A stretch of 64,000 nucleotides of DNA, taken from the NCBI GenBank assembly GCA_047967505.1, contig CM106538.1; one strand, 5' to 3'. Shown piece after piece: positions 24,701 to 37,437 of the stretch (position 1 is its first letter; the number at the start of each line of letters is the position of its first letter). Under the pieces are notes generated by a model. It ran no database searches. It saw nothing but the letters and a program-made list of their open reading frames with translations, and had not been told where the DNA came from. This DNA is from Dipteris shenzhenensis. Taxonomy: Eukaryota. Position numbers and translations under genes: made by a program.

Positions 24701-24870
24701 CCTTCACTTTTTTGTCTTCTATCCCTCTTGGCTATTTCTTTCTCCCTTACACTCTTCCTACAACTTCTATCCCCCCTCGTAATGGATCCCCCTAGACACA
24801 CCGAGCTCCAAAACAATTCTTCATCAACACCAAAACCTTTTGCCAATGCAGAGAAGAATGGTGGGTGATG
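21780..24870 (-). mobile_element. Copy A of an unclassified repeat element (internally duplicated, inverted relative to copy B)
   Basis: 21780-24500 is a diverged reverse complement of about 28620-29900, while 24510-24800 is a direct match to 29945-30140. Confidence 0.65.
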
Positions 24871-25756
24871 TGATATTCTCATGCTAGAATAGTGTGCCAT
24901 GAAGAAACATTGCCTCTACAATCTTCTCTTTTAAAAATTATTTGGGTAATATTTCCTCCTCAGGAGAAACATTTGGAATCTTTGAAAGATTTTGCATTAA
25001 AAAGGGCCCTTTTTAAAGACTTTTATAAGTGCTTCTCATGATAAAAGGAATTTCAAAAATGACCCAAAAAATCCATATTTCTCCAAACTCAAATAACAAA
25101 AACATTCCAGAAATGATATGATTTTTTAAAGAAAATAGATTCAACATAATCATGTATCCTAAATAAAAAGATCATTGTGCTATTATTGGAAGTAAGGATC
25201 AAAGACTATATTTTAAAATCAAACAAGCCATTGAAAAGTGAACGAGTTTTTTGATGCATTGAAAATATTGAATTTGATCTACAACTCTGTAGAAGAGGTC
25301 GGAATCTTAATCCATGATATACTAGATTGAAATTTAATTTACGTAATCTAAGTCTCCTCTTTGAGGAAAAAAGTAGTAGTCACTATTTTGATCATAACTT
25401 TTGATCCCAAAAAAATAGTTCTAATGAATTAGAAATATTGAATTGCTATTTAAAACTTTTTAGAAAAGGTCAAAATATAAGTCCATGATCTATTAGGCTG
25501 AAAATTTGATTTACGTAATAATCTAAGTCTCCTCTTCCAAGAAAAAAGTAGCATTCACTATTTTAATCATAACTTTTGCTCCCAAACTGCAGTTGGAGAT
25601 CTTTTTGATGCATTAGAAATCTTGGATTTCTATCCATATCTTCCTAGAAGAGGTAAAAAACTCAATCCATGATCTTTTAGGTTGAAATTGTGATTTACAC
25701 AATTTGAAGATGTGCTTTAGGGGATGTCCGTAAATGAAAATTAGGTGTGAAAGTAC

Positions 25757-27105
25757 CAAGTTAACCTCCAATTCGATATTTTGCATCGAGTTGGAGGTTA
25801 ACTTGATGCAAAGTGAAATAAAGTACTCTCACAATTGATTTTCACTTAAGGAGAGCTTTTTGCATGCCTTTTGCCATCCTCTTCTCCATTTTATTGCACC
25901 TCTTATCTGCACCATCTCCCTCTCCCCTAGCTACTCCATCCCATCCCTTGCTTGGATGTTACATCCCCTCTTATTTCATCCATCCCCTCATCACCCCTAT
26001 GCTAGCCCCTCCTTGCTATGCCTACTTGTCCCTGCCCCCTACATGCTTGCGCCCACTATGGCCCTGCTCGCCCTGCGCCCTCATGTCCCTACTCACCATG
26101 TGCCCCTAGGCCCCTGATCGCCCTGCGCCCTTGCACCCATACCCCCTGTGTCCCCTAGCTATGCCTTCCTCGCCACCTATCTACATCCCTCCGCCTCATA
26201 ATTACACCCCTTGGCTGTGCCACTAGTTTGATTAAAATATAAGCATAAAAAACTGATAATATCGCTTTGTAAATCAAATTTTGAAACAAAAATTACAATT
26301 GAATATTATGTTCATGCTCAAACTTGTGTTTGGACATAAAATTTAAGCACTAACTTGATGTTAAACATCAAATTCAATGTTTTACATGAAGCCTGGGCTT
26401 TAACTTGATGCAAAACATCAAATTGGACCTTGAACTTGATGTTTTACATCAAGTCTAAGCTTTGACGTGTTGCATCAATTTGAAGCTTCAACTCAATGCA
26501 ACAAGGGCATTTGAAGCTTCAACTCAATGCAACAAATCGAAGCCCTTGCACCCCTACTCGCCCCTATGCCCCATTTGCCCCTACACCCCTTGTGCCTCTA
26601 CTCATCATTTTGCCCCTACGCCCCCTGTACCCCTACACCCCCTAGTTGTGAAGCCGCTCAACCCTTGGATGCACCCCCCCACCGCCTAGTTGCACCCCCT
26701 AGCTGTGCAACTAGTTTGATTACAATATAACTAGGGAAACTCAGTAATATTTCCTTATAAATCAAATTAGATACAAAATTACAATTGAATATTAAGTTCA
26801 TTCTTGAACTTGACCTTAAACACTTTAACTTGATGTCACACATAAAATTCAATGTTTTACATCAAGTCTAGGCTTCAACTTGATTCGAATCATCAAATTG
26901 AACCTTCAACTTGATGCTTTACATCATGTTTAGACCTTAATTTGATGTTTTGCATCAGTCGAAGCTTTAATTCAATGCAAATCATAGAATTGAAGCTTCA
27001 ACTTGATGCAAATCATAGAATTGAATCTTTAACTTGATGCAAAACATTGAATTAAAGATTCAACTTGATGTAAAACATTTAATTGAAGATTTAAATTGAT
27101 GTTCA
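25757..27105. repeat. Hairpin plus ~30-bp palindromic AACTTGATG..CATCAA arrays, alternating with C-rich blocks
   Basis: caagttaacctccaa (25757-25771) / ttggaggttaacttg (25791-25805); arrays at about 26350-26540 and 26825-27105; ~475-bp higher-order duplication. Confidence 0.8.
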
Positions 27106-28619
27106 CCTTTTAAAGATGATATATCCAAAGAACCACCTAACCAACCTTTGGATGTTTAAGTTTGACTACTGATAAGATATTGGAGATAGTTCTTTTTTTG
27201 AAGTTGTGATTGTAATAAACATTTTTTGAGAAGCAGCTTTGTAGTATACTACTTTTGCATGGAACTCTTTTTCATCATTCTTTAGCTCTTTTAAAATTTC
27301 AATTTTAAGTGCCTTGAGTATCCATGTAATCTATATAGTATATTTTAGTTCAAGAAAATTTATTGAATAATGTGAAAACTTGCAAACATTGTTTTTGTTA
27401 CATGGTAGTTTATACATAATAATTTATCGGCATGTTTTTAATTTTGATTTTGATCTTTGGCATGGTCCTCTTCTTTCTGAGTTTTTATTTTGATCTTTTG
27501 GGTTACACTTAACATCTTGTTCAAAATGGCCTATAGCTTTAGTGAATTATAACATCCCACCAAGGCTGACAACGAAGAAGGGACACCTCGCTCATGCTTG
27601 TCCTCCTCATGCCAAGGAAGACAAAATTAACAGAGATTATGTTTCAAACTTAGATAAATTTAAATGAGATTATGTTTAATATGCAAGAGGAAATGTGACA
27701 ATTTCCATAACCCCTTCAAAAGAATGGCTTCTAATAGAGCTTCAAAGCACTTTTGAGGTCTTTTAAATTGTGTTTCTAGACACCATATGAACACCACTAA
27801 GGTTCATGACATGATGGTAGGTCACAAAAATAAGTGTACTATGGGAGATTTCGTGTGGCTTTTGATATTCACAACAAAGAAATTATCAATATTATTATTG
27901 TAGCTTTTATTATCAATACTATTATTGTAAATTTTAAAGCTATTAAGGTGTTTATGAATGTGGCCTAAGAGGGTTGCCACTCTATTAAGCTTGGAAGCTA
28001 TACTTTTTGAATGTCAATGTAGTTTAGAGCTAAGTCCGATGGTTGAAAGTAGAAGGCTAAGCTAGCCATTTGACAAATATGAAGGTTTAGTCAAACTTTT
28101 TATAACAATCAGGCTAGTTACAACCACCATGCATATAGGTTGTAGTCCAACTATTTACAAAAATCAAGCTAGCTACAACCACTATGCATGTAGGTGTAGT
28201 AAGATGCATACTTGCCAACTACACTAGCGATTGGAACATCAAGTTTTTTCGTCCTATTTAGATAGCCCACTGATTTAGGGACCATCTTAGTGGTCAAAAT
28301 AATGAGCTTGTTGGGTTGATGAATATGTTTCACATATGTATTGTGGATTTTCTTATACTAAAGTTAATTTTCTTAAGCTTGATAGTCCCATCTAGCTCAC
28401 CTCTTGATTTAGGGATTAGTTTGGTGGTAAAAACAATAATCTTACTAGATTGATGAATATATTTTGCATAATGGCAATACTGACATTTTTTGGACCAAAA
28501 ACTTACTAATAGATCTTGTAGCCAAGGCACAAAAAATTTTCTAAGGTCCTCAGTGCCGAATTGCTAGAAATAGATGGGTGTGTTGTAGTGATGCATGAAA
28601 TGCCTAGTTTTGGTCTTCC

Positions 28620-31600
28620 CTTATTGTATTGTCAAGCCATAATGGTTGGCCCAAATTTTGAATAATTCAAGGCGGCGGTACTGAGATTCCCAGCCACATC
28701 TGTGGTGGTGACTAAGATCCACCGAGCTATCAATTAATTACCAGTGATCGCAGTGGCCCACAATTACTCAGCTTCTAGTTACCACCACCGGGCTTGCATG
28801 CATGATTACTACGAGTGCAGTAAATTATGCTAATGAGGAATTAGAGGTGATTAGGCTTCATTATTTACCTTTGTGGGAATTAGTGCTTGATGGTGGTGGT
28901 TGTCATCATCAGCCATGTCTGTCATGGCTACAATTCCATCGTGCAACCCCTCACCTACCACTAGGCTTTAGCATGCATAATCATTATGAGTGCAATAAAA
29001 ATTAGCAGTCACCGAGATCGCATGCTTAGTAGAGAACTAGAGTGCATGGTAATGAGTGATTAGACATGGTAATGAGAATTACTACCCGGTGGTGGTGGCT
29101 CTCATCAGCCACATCTATTGTGGCTAAGCTAATTACCAGCCACTGAAGTGGCACCACATGGCATCTTCTTCATGATTACCAGCCCACTGTCTGGGGGATC
29201 CCACCGCAGTGGCCTACAATTAATATGGATGGAAGCCTAGCCTCCAGCCACCACGGTGGCTCGAACTTTATAATATATATAAGATATGTGGCATTTGGCA
29301 TTGTACTACATTCCTCTGATTCGCCTGCTACTTTGCTCCACACCCCTCCTCTATCCTCTATCTCTTCCTCTATCTCTTTTCTACCTCTGCTCTACTTTGC
29401 TCCACGCTCCCTCCTCCAACTCTCGTCACTGCATCTGCTCCCCTGCTCATCTTCCACTCATCTTCAACATGCCTAGTTGGTCCCTCCCTCGATGCTCTAT
29501 GATCCCAATAATATTTGCCTTCTCATATAAAGTGATTGCTTTGCACTCACGTGGAATAGAAATGCTCACACTAGTGGTGACCCTGCATTCCCACAGGCGA
29601 CTCCCCACACATCTGAGTGTCATCACCTTGGATAACATGCTCATAGAGGGCCTCTTTATGGTGACTGTGTTGTATGGGTTCCCCCTAGATGTCGACGAAG
29701 CCCTCAATATTTTCAGGGCAGAGTACTCTCGACTTGTTGGGGGGGTGATTAACTGAGTCCTAGCAATGTGCAAGGTCTTTGGCCTCTCCATCGTATCCTC
29801 CTTTGGCTCCCTAAAATTTTTTAATGCAACAAGCTAGACTGGCTAAAAACTGAGTTGTACAAATTTCCTCTTGCTCAGACGAGGCTCTCAGCAATGGCTG
29901 GATTCTCACCTGAATAGTAGTGGGCTACAACCACTGCTATGGCTCTCATCTTGACTGTGTAGTTGGCTATTCCATTCCCTTAACCGTTTCCTCTTATATC
30001 CCTCTCAAATGTTTCGTTCTCCCTTGCAATCTCAAGCCTCCACTATTCCATTTCCTTCACTACTTCATCTTCTATCCCTCTTGACCATTTCTTTCTTCCT
30101 TCACTCTTCCTACAACTTCTATCCCCTCTCGTAATGGACCCTGCATAGTCTGGGAGCTCCTCACACAATCTTTCCTCCCCCTCTGCAACATAGTGCCAGA
30201 GCCCCTCCTCCCCTCATCTTGAAATCATGACATATGGGAGCTCCTCTCTCGCTATTCAAAAGCCCAATTTGGATGCTCTCCAAAACTTCACCAGGATGGT
30301 GCAAGAGGTGAACGTGAAGGAGGGGCAACTAGTCTGTCAAGGTCACAAGATTACCATCAATGAAAGTGTGATTGAAAATGCTCTAGGAATTTCTGGAGGC
30401 AGTACACAAGCACACTTTTTTGAGAAGCAATGGAAGAGACAGGATATTCTAGACATATACCCCAATGCTCAGATTAGTAAAGATGGTGGAGTTAAGATTT
30501 CAAGCTTGCCAACATACCTCTAAGATGTACTGAAGAAGACAATTCACTTCTTTCCTGATACGAGAGGAACCTGCAAGTTTTGGCAGGTTCAAGCAACAGT
30601 AGAACAATTGAAAGGACGTGATGTATCTTTCTCAAGGGATCTCCAAGAGCGTGTTAATCAACCTAAAGAATTGCATGGATGGCAAATCCCAATTGTCATC
30701 TCAGTCCGCTAGAGTTACAATGCACTTGATGGCATCCACCCTCAAAGGGATTTTTGAGCAATATGAGAAGCTGATGTCTCAGAAGGTGACTTTTCTACAA
30801 GAGAAAGCCACTGATGCAGCAAAGGCAGCACAACTTGAGAAAAGTCACATGGAAGGTACAAAAGCCAAGGTAGAGGAGGCACAAGCAAGGGCCTTGTAGC
30901 AGGCACAAGAGCAAGCTGAGGCTGCCACAAAATTGGTTAACATGGAAAGGCATAGAAGAGAAGAAGCAGAGAAGCGCATGAAGGAGCTCCGAGATAGGCT
31001 CAAAGAAGTGAGAAATGACGGGGACATGGTAGACAAGGAGCTAGAAAAGATACGAAAGGACCTTGTAGATCAAAGAGCCAAAAGGAGGGTCTTTACAAAT
31101 GGCTCTACAACATGCAAAACTCATTGAACATTGAAAAAGACTAGATGATGGAGGAGCTGAAAAGGGAGAATGCAAAAACCAAAAAGGTGATGTAGGAACT
31201 GCGAGAGAGCTTTGAGGCTAGGAAGGATGGGGCAGAGAGTAGTCGGGGTGGAGAAGACAACAAGGTAGCTCCCCTAGCTAGGAAGGATACAGAAAGCAGC
31301 CACCACAGTGAAGCAAGTTCTAGCCACCGTGATGGAGAAATTTGCAGTAGCCCATGGTGAGGATTGTTTTTATGAAACACTATTGGAAGTCCAAAGAGCA
31401 ACCTACAATACCCTACAAGAAGATCATGATAGATGTTTCCACAAGCTTGTCATGGCTTTCAATAGTTATGAAAAGCAATCCGTTGCCCTGCAAGATTTTC
31501 AAACTAGAGTGGAAGTCTTGGAAACCACCCATGAAGAAGTTTTTCAGGAATTTATGAAAGTTCAACAGATGTTGAGGGATTTTGATGCAACTGTTGCACA

Positions 31601-32014
31601 GAGTGAGCAAAAAGTGGAGGAGATGAAGGAGAACATCCATAGCCTTAGGATGAGGGAGGAAGGAATCAAGAAGCAACTTCATCATGTACAAAGCAAGAAT
31701 GTGGTATTGACGACTGCACCCTGACCGCAATAGTTAAATCAGATGCCTATCCTGCTATGCAGCAGGATCTGAAATGTATGGTCTGCCATACCCCCATCAT
31801 AGATGACTGCTATATCCGATGGCCTGCATGCTACCACCCTGTGCACGTTTTTTGCTTTGGAGTGTGGGTGCATACAAAATCGCTATGTAGAGAATGCCAT
31901 TTGCCATTTCCCAGGTCATGGATAGATCAAATGTGCTGGTCGAGCCTGCAACCAGGATGCTCAAATCAAGGAAAGAGGAAGTGGCATGAAGGGAAGGAGT
32001 CTTTGAGATTGTAA
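28620..32014 (+). mobile_element. Copy B of the unclassified element (small ORF plus coiled-coil/RING gene)
   Basis: Homology to copy A; contains a small ORF at about 29470-29900 and a long decayed ORF at 30134-32014. Confidence 0.6.
30134..32014 (+). pseudogene. Intronless coiled-coil protein with C-terminal RING-H2 finger
   Basis: ATG 30134 is in frame with ORF 30227; long E/K/Q heptad-rich segments; CMVC-x12-CYHPVHVFC-x10-CREC gives C3H2C3 spacing; multiple stops and frameshifts. Confidence 0.75.
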
Positions 32015-32134
32015 TCTATGTAATCTATGTGTAATCTATTGAATTGTTAATCTTCTCCAGAGTTTACTTAGGCAATGTTTTCTTGAGTGACTAGATAGTG
32101 TCCTTTGATCCATGCTAGCGCAGTGATAAGAATG

Positions 32135-32300
32135 AGATGAAAGATTTTGATTTGACACGTAATACGAGACAAAAGATTTTGATTAGATCACTAATGTAAG
32201 AATGAAAGATTTTGATTAGTGAACTATTGTACCACGAAAGATTTCAATTAGACGACTAATGTGAGATGAAAGATTTATATTAGATAACTAACATGAGACT
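32135..32300 (+). repeat. ~32-bp minisatellite, 5 copies
   Basis: aaagattt(t)gattag core near 32141, 32172, 32205, 32237 and 32269. Confidence 0.8.
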
Positions 32301-32796
32301 GAAGAATGAGAAGGTCGGGCTCAATGAACTCTCTCCCTATTTAAGTGCAATGTAGACACAACTAAGAGCCCATTATGAAATCTAGCCCCAAAACTCTGTA
32401 CACCAATCCAAACTCTATACACCGATCCACCTACTGCAAATCGATGGCATACCCAAAAGGCTTTGGAATGCTTTTGTTCTATCTGAAAACGATGTTGGAT
32501 GGCATCCTCGTAGAAACAGACCCAGAGAAGAAGGAGAAAAATAGCTGCAAGGAGGACATGCTTCGGTGGTGGGTGTATTACTTGGAGTCGGCACAAACGG
32601 TGATTATTAATTTCCCTGGGCTATTGTTTTTTTTGCTCCTTTAAGGTACTTGTCAAGCTCATGATGTAGGTTTCTTTTGGTAGGATATGAAAGAGGCTCA
32701 AATATGTATAGAGCACAAAGAGCAGGATGAAGAGGACCCCATGTGGCACTCAATGATATGGTAGATGTTGATTGTGTTGATGATGTGGCAGTTCTT

Positions 32797-33556
32797 ACAT
32801 GGCGAAGGTCGCCTCTTTATAGCTATGAGGACGGTAGTCAGATCAATGTAGTCGGTGAAGCCAACCAGTCAACATGGGGTGTGTATGCAGCTAAAGTGAT
32901 GATATTTGGACTCACCAAGGTGCGTGCCACATTTCACCATAGGTTGAATTCATGCACAAGTCATCCAAGAAGACTTCTTTGAAGTCCCTTAGGTACTCCT
33001 TGAAGGCGGTGATCAACAATTGGAAGAAATGCAAGACCTATTTTTCTTTCATGAACATATGCACAAAGCGACTAAAGAATTAATGCCATGCAGCAATAAG
33101 GACCAGATGGCACTAAGTGGAAGCCTTGGTTTGAATTACTGCTACTGATGACACTTTTTAGTTCTGAATTGCTACTACTGATGATATATGGTGAAGGTCG
33201 CCTCTTTATAGCTATGAGGACGGTAGTCGGATCAACATAGTCGGTGAAGCCGACCAGTCAACCTGAGGTGTGTATGCGACCAAAGTGATGATATTTGGAC
33301 TCACCAAGGTGCATGCCACATTTCACCACAGGTTGAATTCATGCACAAGTCGTCCAAGAAGACTTCTATGAAGTCCCTTAGGTACTCCTTGAAGGCGGTG
33401 ATCAATAATTGGAAGAAATTATGCAAGACCTATTTTTCTTTCATGAACATACGCACAAAGCGACTAAAGAGTTAATGCCATGTAGCAATAAGGACCAGAT
33501 GGCACTGAGTGGAAGCCTTGGTCTGAATTGCTGCTACTGATGACCACTTTTAGTTC
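32797..33556 (+). repeat. ~390-bp tandem duplication
   Basis: gaaggtcgcctctttatagctatgaggacggtagtc... begins near 32804 and again near 33193; high identity. Confidence 0.9.
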
Positions 33557-33615
33557 TTGGTTCCATGAAGCTTTAAGGCTTAGGATTGTCCTTACCATGG
33601 AAGGTAACAATGCTT

Positions 33616-34224
33616 GGCTTTGATGCCACTAAAACTAGACCAAGAACCCAAGATAGATTTCGAATTTCCCAGATAGCATGGTAAAACAACACCTGATGGC
33701 TTCTCCTGATGGGGAGCAGCAGTAGATTTCTTCTGGGAAACAAAACAAGCTGAGAGAAGGGGGAGAAAAAATAGAGAACACACACACTAGGGCCCAAAAA
33801 TAAGGGTTGGAACCCCCCAAAGGTCTTTATTACAATAGAATAAGCTTTGTCCTATTGGCTCTGAGAAGAGCATTAGGCTGAGTACAACTCTTCCATGAAT
33901 CTCTTCTTTTATAGACTTGGCCTAGCAAAAAGCTAGACCTACTTTTCTAAAGCTACTTTTACAAAAGCTGAGCTTTCTTGCTTTTAGCCCACCTTGGGGT
34001 AGTTTTCTTGATCCTTTTTGAGAACCCCATGGGGCCTCCTTTATGGCGCCATCTTCTTGGTGCTTTTTGGCCTTGTGGGACCTACTTTTTGGCACTTGCT
34101 CCATCATTTGTGAGCCTTTTTGCACTCTTCCAAGTCCTATAAAAACATCAACCCTTCAACCCATTATATGTTAGCAAATTCCTAGTTCTTGGACTAATCC
34201 TAGTCCCTTGCGGGCATCCCCACA
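33616..34224 (-). mobile_element. LTR plus tRNA-Met-like PBS remnant
   Basis: Minus strand starts TGTGGGGATG at 34224, has ctataaaaag near 33910, and is followed by PBS-like TGGCATCAAAGCC (33616-33628). Confidence 0.6.
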
Positions 34225-36752
34225 GTTCCCTTTTAACAATGCAAAGAAGAAGTAAAAACAATAAAACTAATTCTAGTTAACCAAAGTCAACTTTCTCTGA
34301 CCGTAGTCAATCTCATAAAGAATCCTCATTATTTCTTGGGAGAAATACCAATTGGTGATAATATCAGTATTCAATGTCACCTCTGAGTTCTTGAACACAA
34401 GCTACAAATCTGTAGCTTCCCACAGTGACACCGGGGCACCATCGAACTAGCAGTAGCTAGGAGGGCCCGATGTGCAACCTCGACCTCCATCATCTAGCAC
34501 TGTTCGCTTTGCCTTTTGGGCCCATGAGCCTCCTCGAGTCCACAGCATGCAACTTAAGGAATCATGCCACCTATGTATTGCATTGTCGAACGGCTGTGCG
34601 TGTGCACTTGGCCGATCAGCTATATATATCTTACTATCTTGGAGTTTCAGCCTTGGGACTTAGGGTCTCAAATACCCATGCTTGGCAGTATACAGTGTGC
34701 CATGTGCATCTTCCAGCTACCATAGTGGCATGCTTTTTGCATGCACACACAAGAACTAGGCACCACTCCGAGTCCCGTTAGCACTGATCCATTGCACATG
34801 AGACTAGATAGACTATGCCTTTATTACATCCTAAGGAGCAAATTAACTAATCATATTAAAAAACATTTTAAGCATATATATATGACCAAAGAACCATAAT
34901 GAGATTAAAGAGAAGAACTACAAACAGTTCTTTTAAGTAATTTAAAAATCAAGCTCATTAAAGATATTAAACTAGAGGAACCTAAAATAATGTTGTAACT
35001 AAGAGAGATTAAAAAGTAAGGGAGACAAAATAGGTAACTATAGCAAGTAAAAAATAGGTACCTATCCTCTTGTTTAGTAAAAATTAGAAAGTTAAAAAGG
35101 AGCAACCCTTCATCATCTCTTAATAACATAAATTAAAGAAAATATATAAACATAAAGGAAAAAGTCAAGAAAGTGCATAGAAAGCTCAAGAGAAGAATTC
35201 AGTTGTAGGAGAAGAGACAAGAACTCGATAAAGAGAGCATTGAAGGTTGACCATGCAGTAGTTATCACTAAAAAAAGCAAACAGGGATGGTGATAAGAAC
35301 CGTAGAAGAAGGTAAGAGCATAGTAACCAGCACAAGCAAAGCTGCATACCAACCGGAAAACCAAAGGTGATGACCAGTCAATAGCACAGGGAGTCATGAC
35401 CCAATCGGGAAGGAAAGAGAATATAAGGCGAGCACAACTAAGAAGAGCTGCATAATCGAATCTGACCAAGAAGGCCTAGCCATGAGGAGTGGGTCAAGGA
35501 AGAGAAACTGTAAGATAGGAAGAGTGGCCAAACATGTCGGTGAGTGAGAAGCAAGCCAAAGCTTGTAAGTCAATGCAATTGTCGATCTAGTAGTCATAAG
35601 TGCTTTGCAAACAAGTTGGCCAACCGAACAATAGGAGCTCTTGTTAAAGAAGAGCAAGCAAGGGTGTTTCACGTAAGCTTGGAGCATGACAGATCAAAGT
35701 GAAAGAGTCATGAGACTTAAGAGTACCTGAGATTGCTGAGAGATCGTGAGGAAGCTAGCAACAAGGGATGCTTCATAGAGAAGAGGGGAGTTGTGAGGTA
35801 AAGTCCCAAAATGTCACCGGGTCATGAAAAGTCTTGGATATACGAAAAAAGCACCTGAGTATGATCAACGGAGTTGAAGGTAGATCCTAGAGATAGAGGA
35901 TATATAATTCTACAAGTTGAAGGTAGATCTAAGAGATCGAAGTTCTAAACTGGAACTATGCAACACACATCTTTGGAGAAGTGCCCAAGACTATGTGAGA
36001 AAGTAGGGGGTGAGAGGCTTCACTAAAGCTCTAGTGAGACCAAAAGCCAATGGAGAAGTAAAGTTGCGAACCAGTTGTTGAGTAAGATACATGAGAGAGG
36101 CAACAACATAATGCCATAAGAAAGTAAGGGTTCCAATGCTACAAAAATCTGTCAACTGTCGCTATGAAGTTTGACAGAAAGTCATGATTAAAGAAGCCAA
36201 GGGCTAGAACAAGAGAAGTTAAGTCAACCTTGAGGGGAGTTGGTGAGAAGGAAGTAGAGGTTGTGTACAATGAGTGTAAGAGGGAGCAAAGAGACGAACT
36301 TATAACAAGAGAGGAGACGTTACAAATCAGTGCAGCTCCCAAGCAAGGGCGAGAAGGTGAAAGGGAGAACGTGGGGTGGTGGGTAGGGGGAGGATTGGTT
36401 ACGGGGAGGGGAAGGTAAGGGGAGGGGAATGCTTTGTTAGGGAGAGATAGCAAAAATTTGAAAAAGTTAGGTTAGGGAGAGATCGGTTTTGGTTAGAGAG
36501 AGAAAAGGAATCGATGATATAAAGAATGATAAAATAAAGAATTAAAAAAAGAGGGGGATGGCGGGGCCGGGGGCAGTACTATTATGAAGTGAGAATTCAG
36601 TAACAATTATTAAAAAGTTAGAAATTGTAAATGAATTTTGGGTGACAGGGTCGGGGGGCCAGTACTAGGGACGACATGTGTAAACATCATGAGTGCAAGC
36701 AAGTATGAAACCAGGGTAGTGTATGTGTTTGTGTTTGTAAAAGTATAAGAAA

Positions 36753-36910
36753 ATGTGTGTGTGTGTGTGCGTGTGTGTTTGTGTGTGTGTGGAAATAAAA
36801 AATAATTGAAGACTAGGGGGGTTTGGGGTAACTCTAAAGCATAAAAGATAATATAGACTTTCACTCTTTAATTAAGATTTAGGGGGGACACGTGTGTGAG
36901 TGTGTGCATG

Positions 36911-36954
<44 letters not shown>

Positions 36955-37359
36955 TGTGTGTGTGTTTTATTAAACTTGCTTGCGGTAGCATGGTTTAATA
37001 AGGTTAAGAAAAAATTAAAGTAAGCTAAAAAGATAAGGCAGGGAAAATATTTTACAACACTAACTATTGAGGGGGGGAGAAAATTTACAACACTAACTAT
37101 TGAGGTAGGGAAAATATTTTACAACACTAACTATTGAGGGGGGGAGAAAGTTTTGCCACCATAAAATTAGTGAGTGAATAGGGGGGCAAAAGAGGGTGGG
37201 GGGGTTTGGGGGGTGGAGCAAGTAAATGGGAAAATGAAAGCGTGCGTGTTGATTGGATGGACATCATCTTACACGTTCTCTTAACTAGTGTGTGGGGGGG
37301 TAAGTGAAGGTGAGCAAGTGTGTGCACAGATCATGAGTTCAAGTAAGTAAGAGTAATGG

Positions 37360-37392
<33 letters not shown>

Positions 37393-37397
37393 CGCCC

Positions 37398-37433
<36 letters not shown>
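36753..37433. repeat. (GT)n tracts and compound (TG)n(CG)n(AG)n microsatellite
   Basis: Seen directly at about 36753-36790, 36915-36965 and 37360-37433; also three copies of tttacaacactaactattgagg at 37050-37140. Confidence 0.95.

Positions 37434-37437
<4 letters not shown>

Noticed and set aside
26350-27105. Palindromic repeats as a CRISPR array
   Set aside because: The units are contiguous, with no unique spacers.
32135-32300. CRISPR-like spaced repeats (aaagattttgattag)
   Set aside because: The intervening sequences are short and related to each other, there are no cas genes and the context is eukaryotic; this is a minisatellite.
34340-36450. Possible decayed coding sequence on the minus strand
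   Set aside because: No motif I can assign with confidence; needs a translated homology search.
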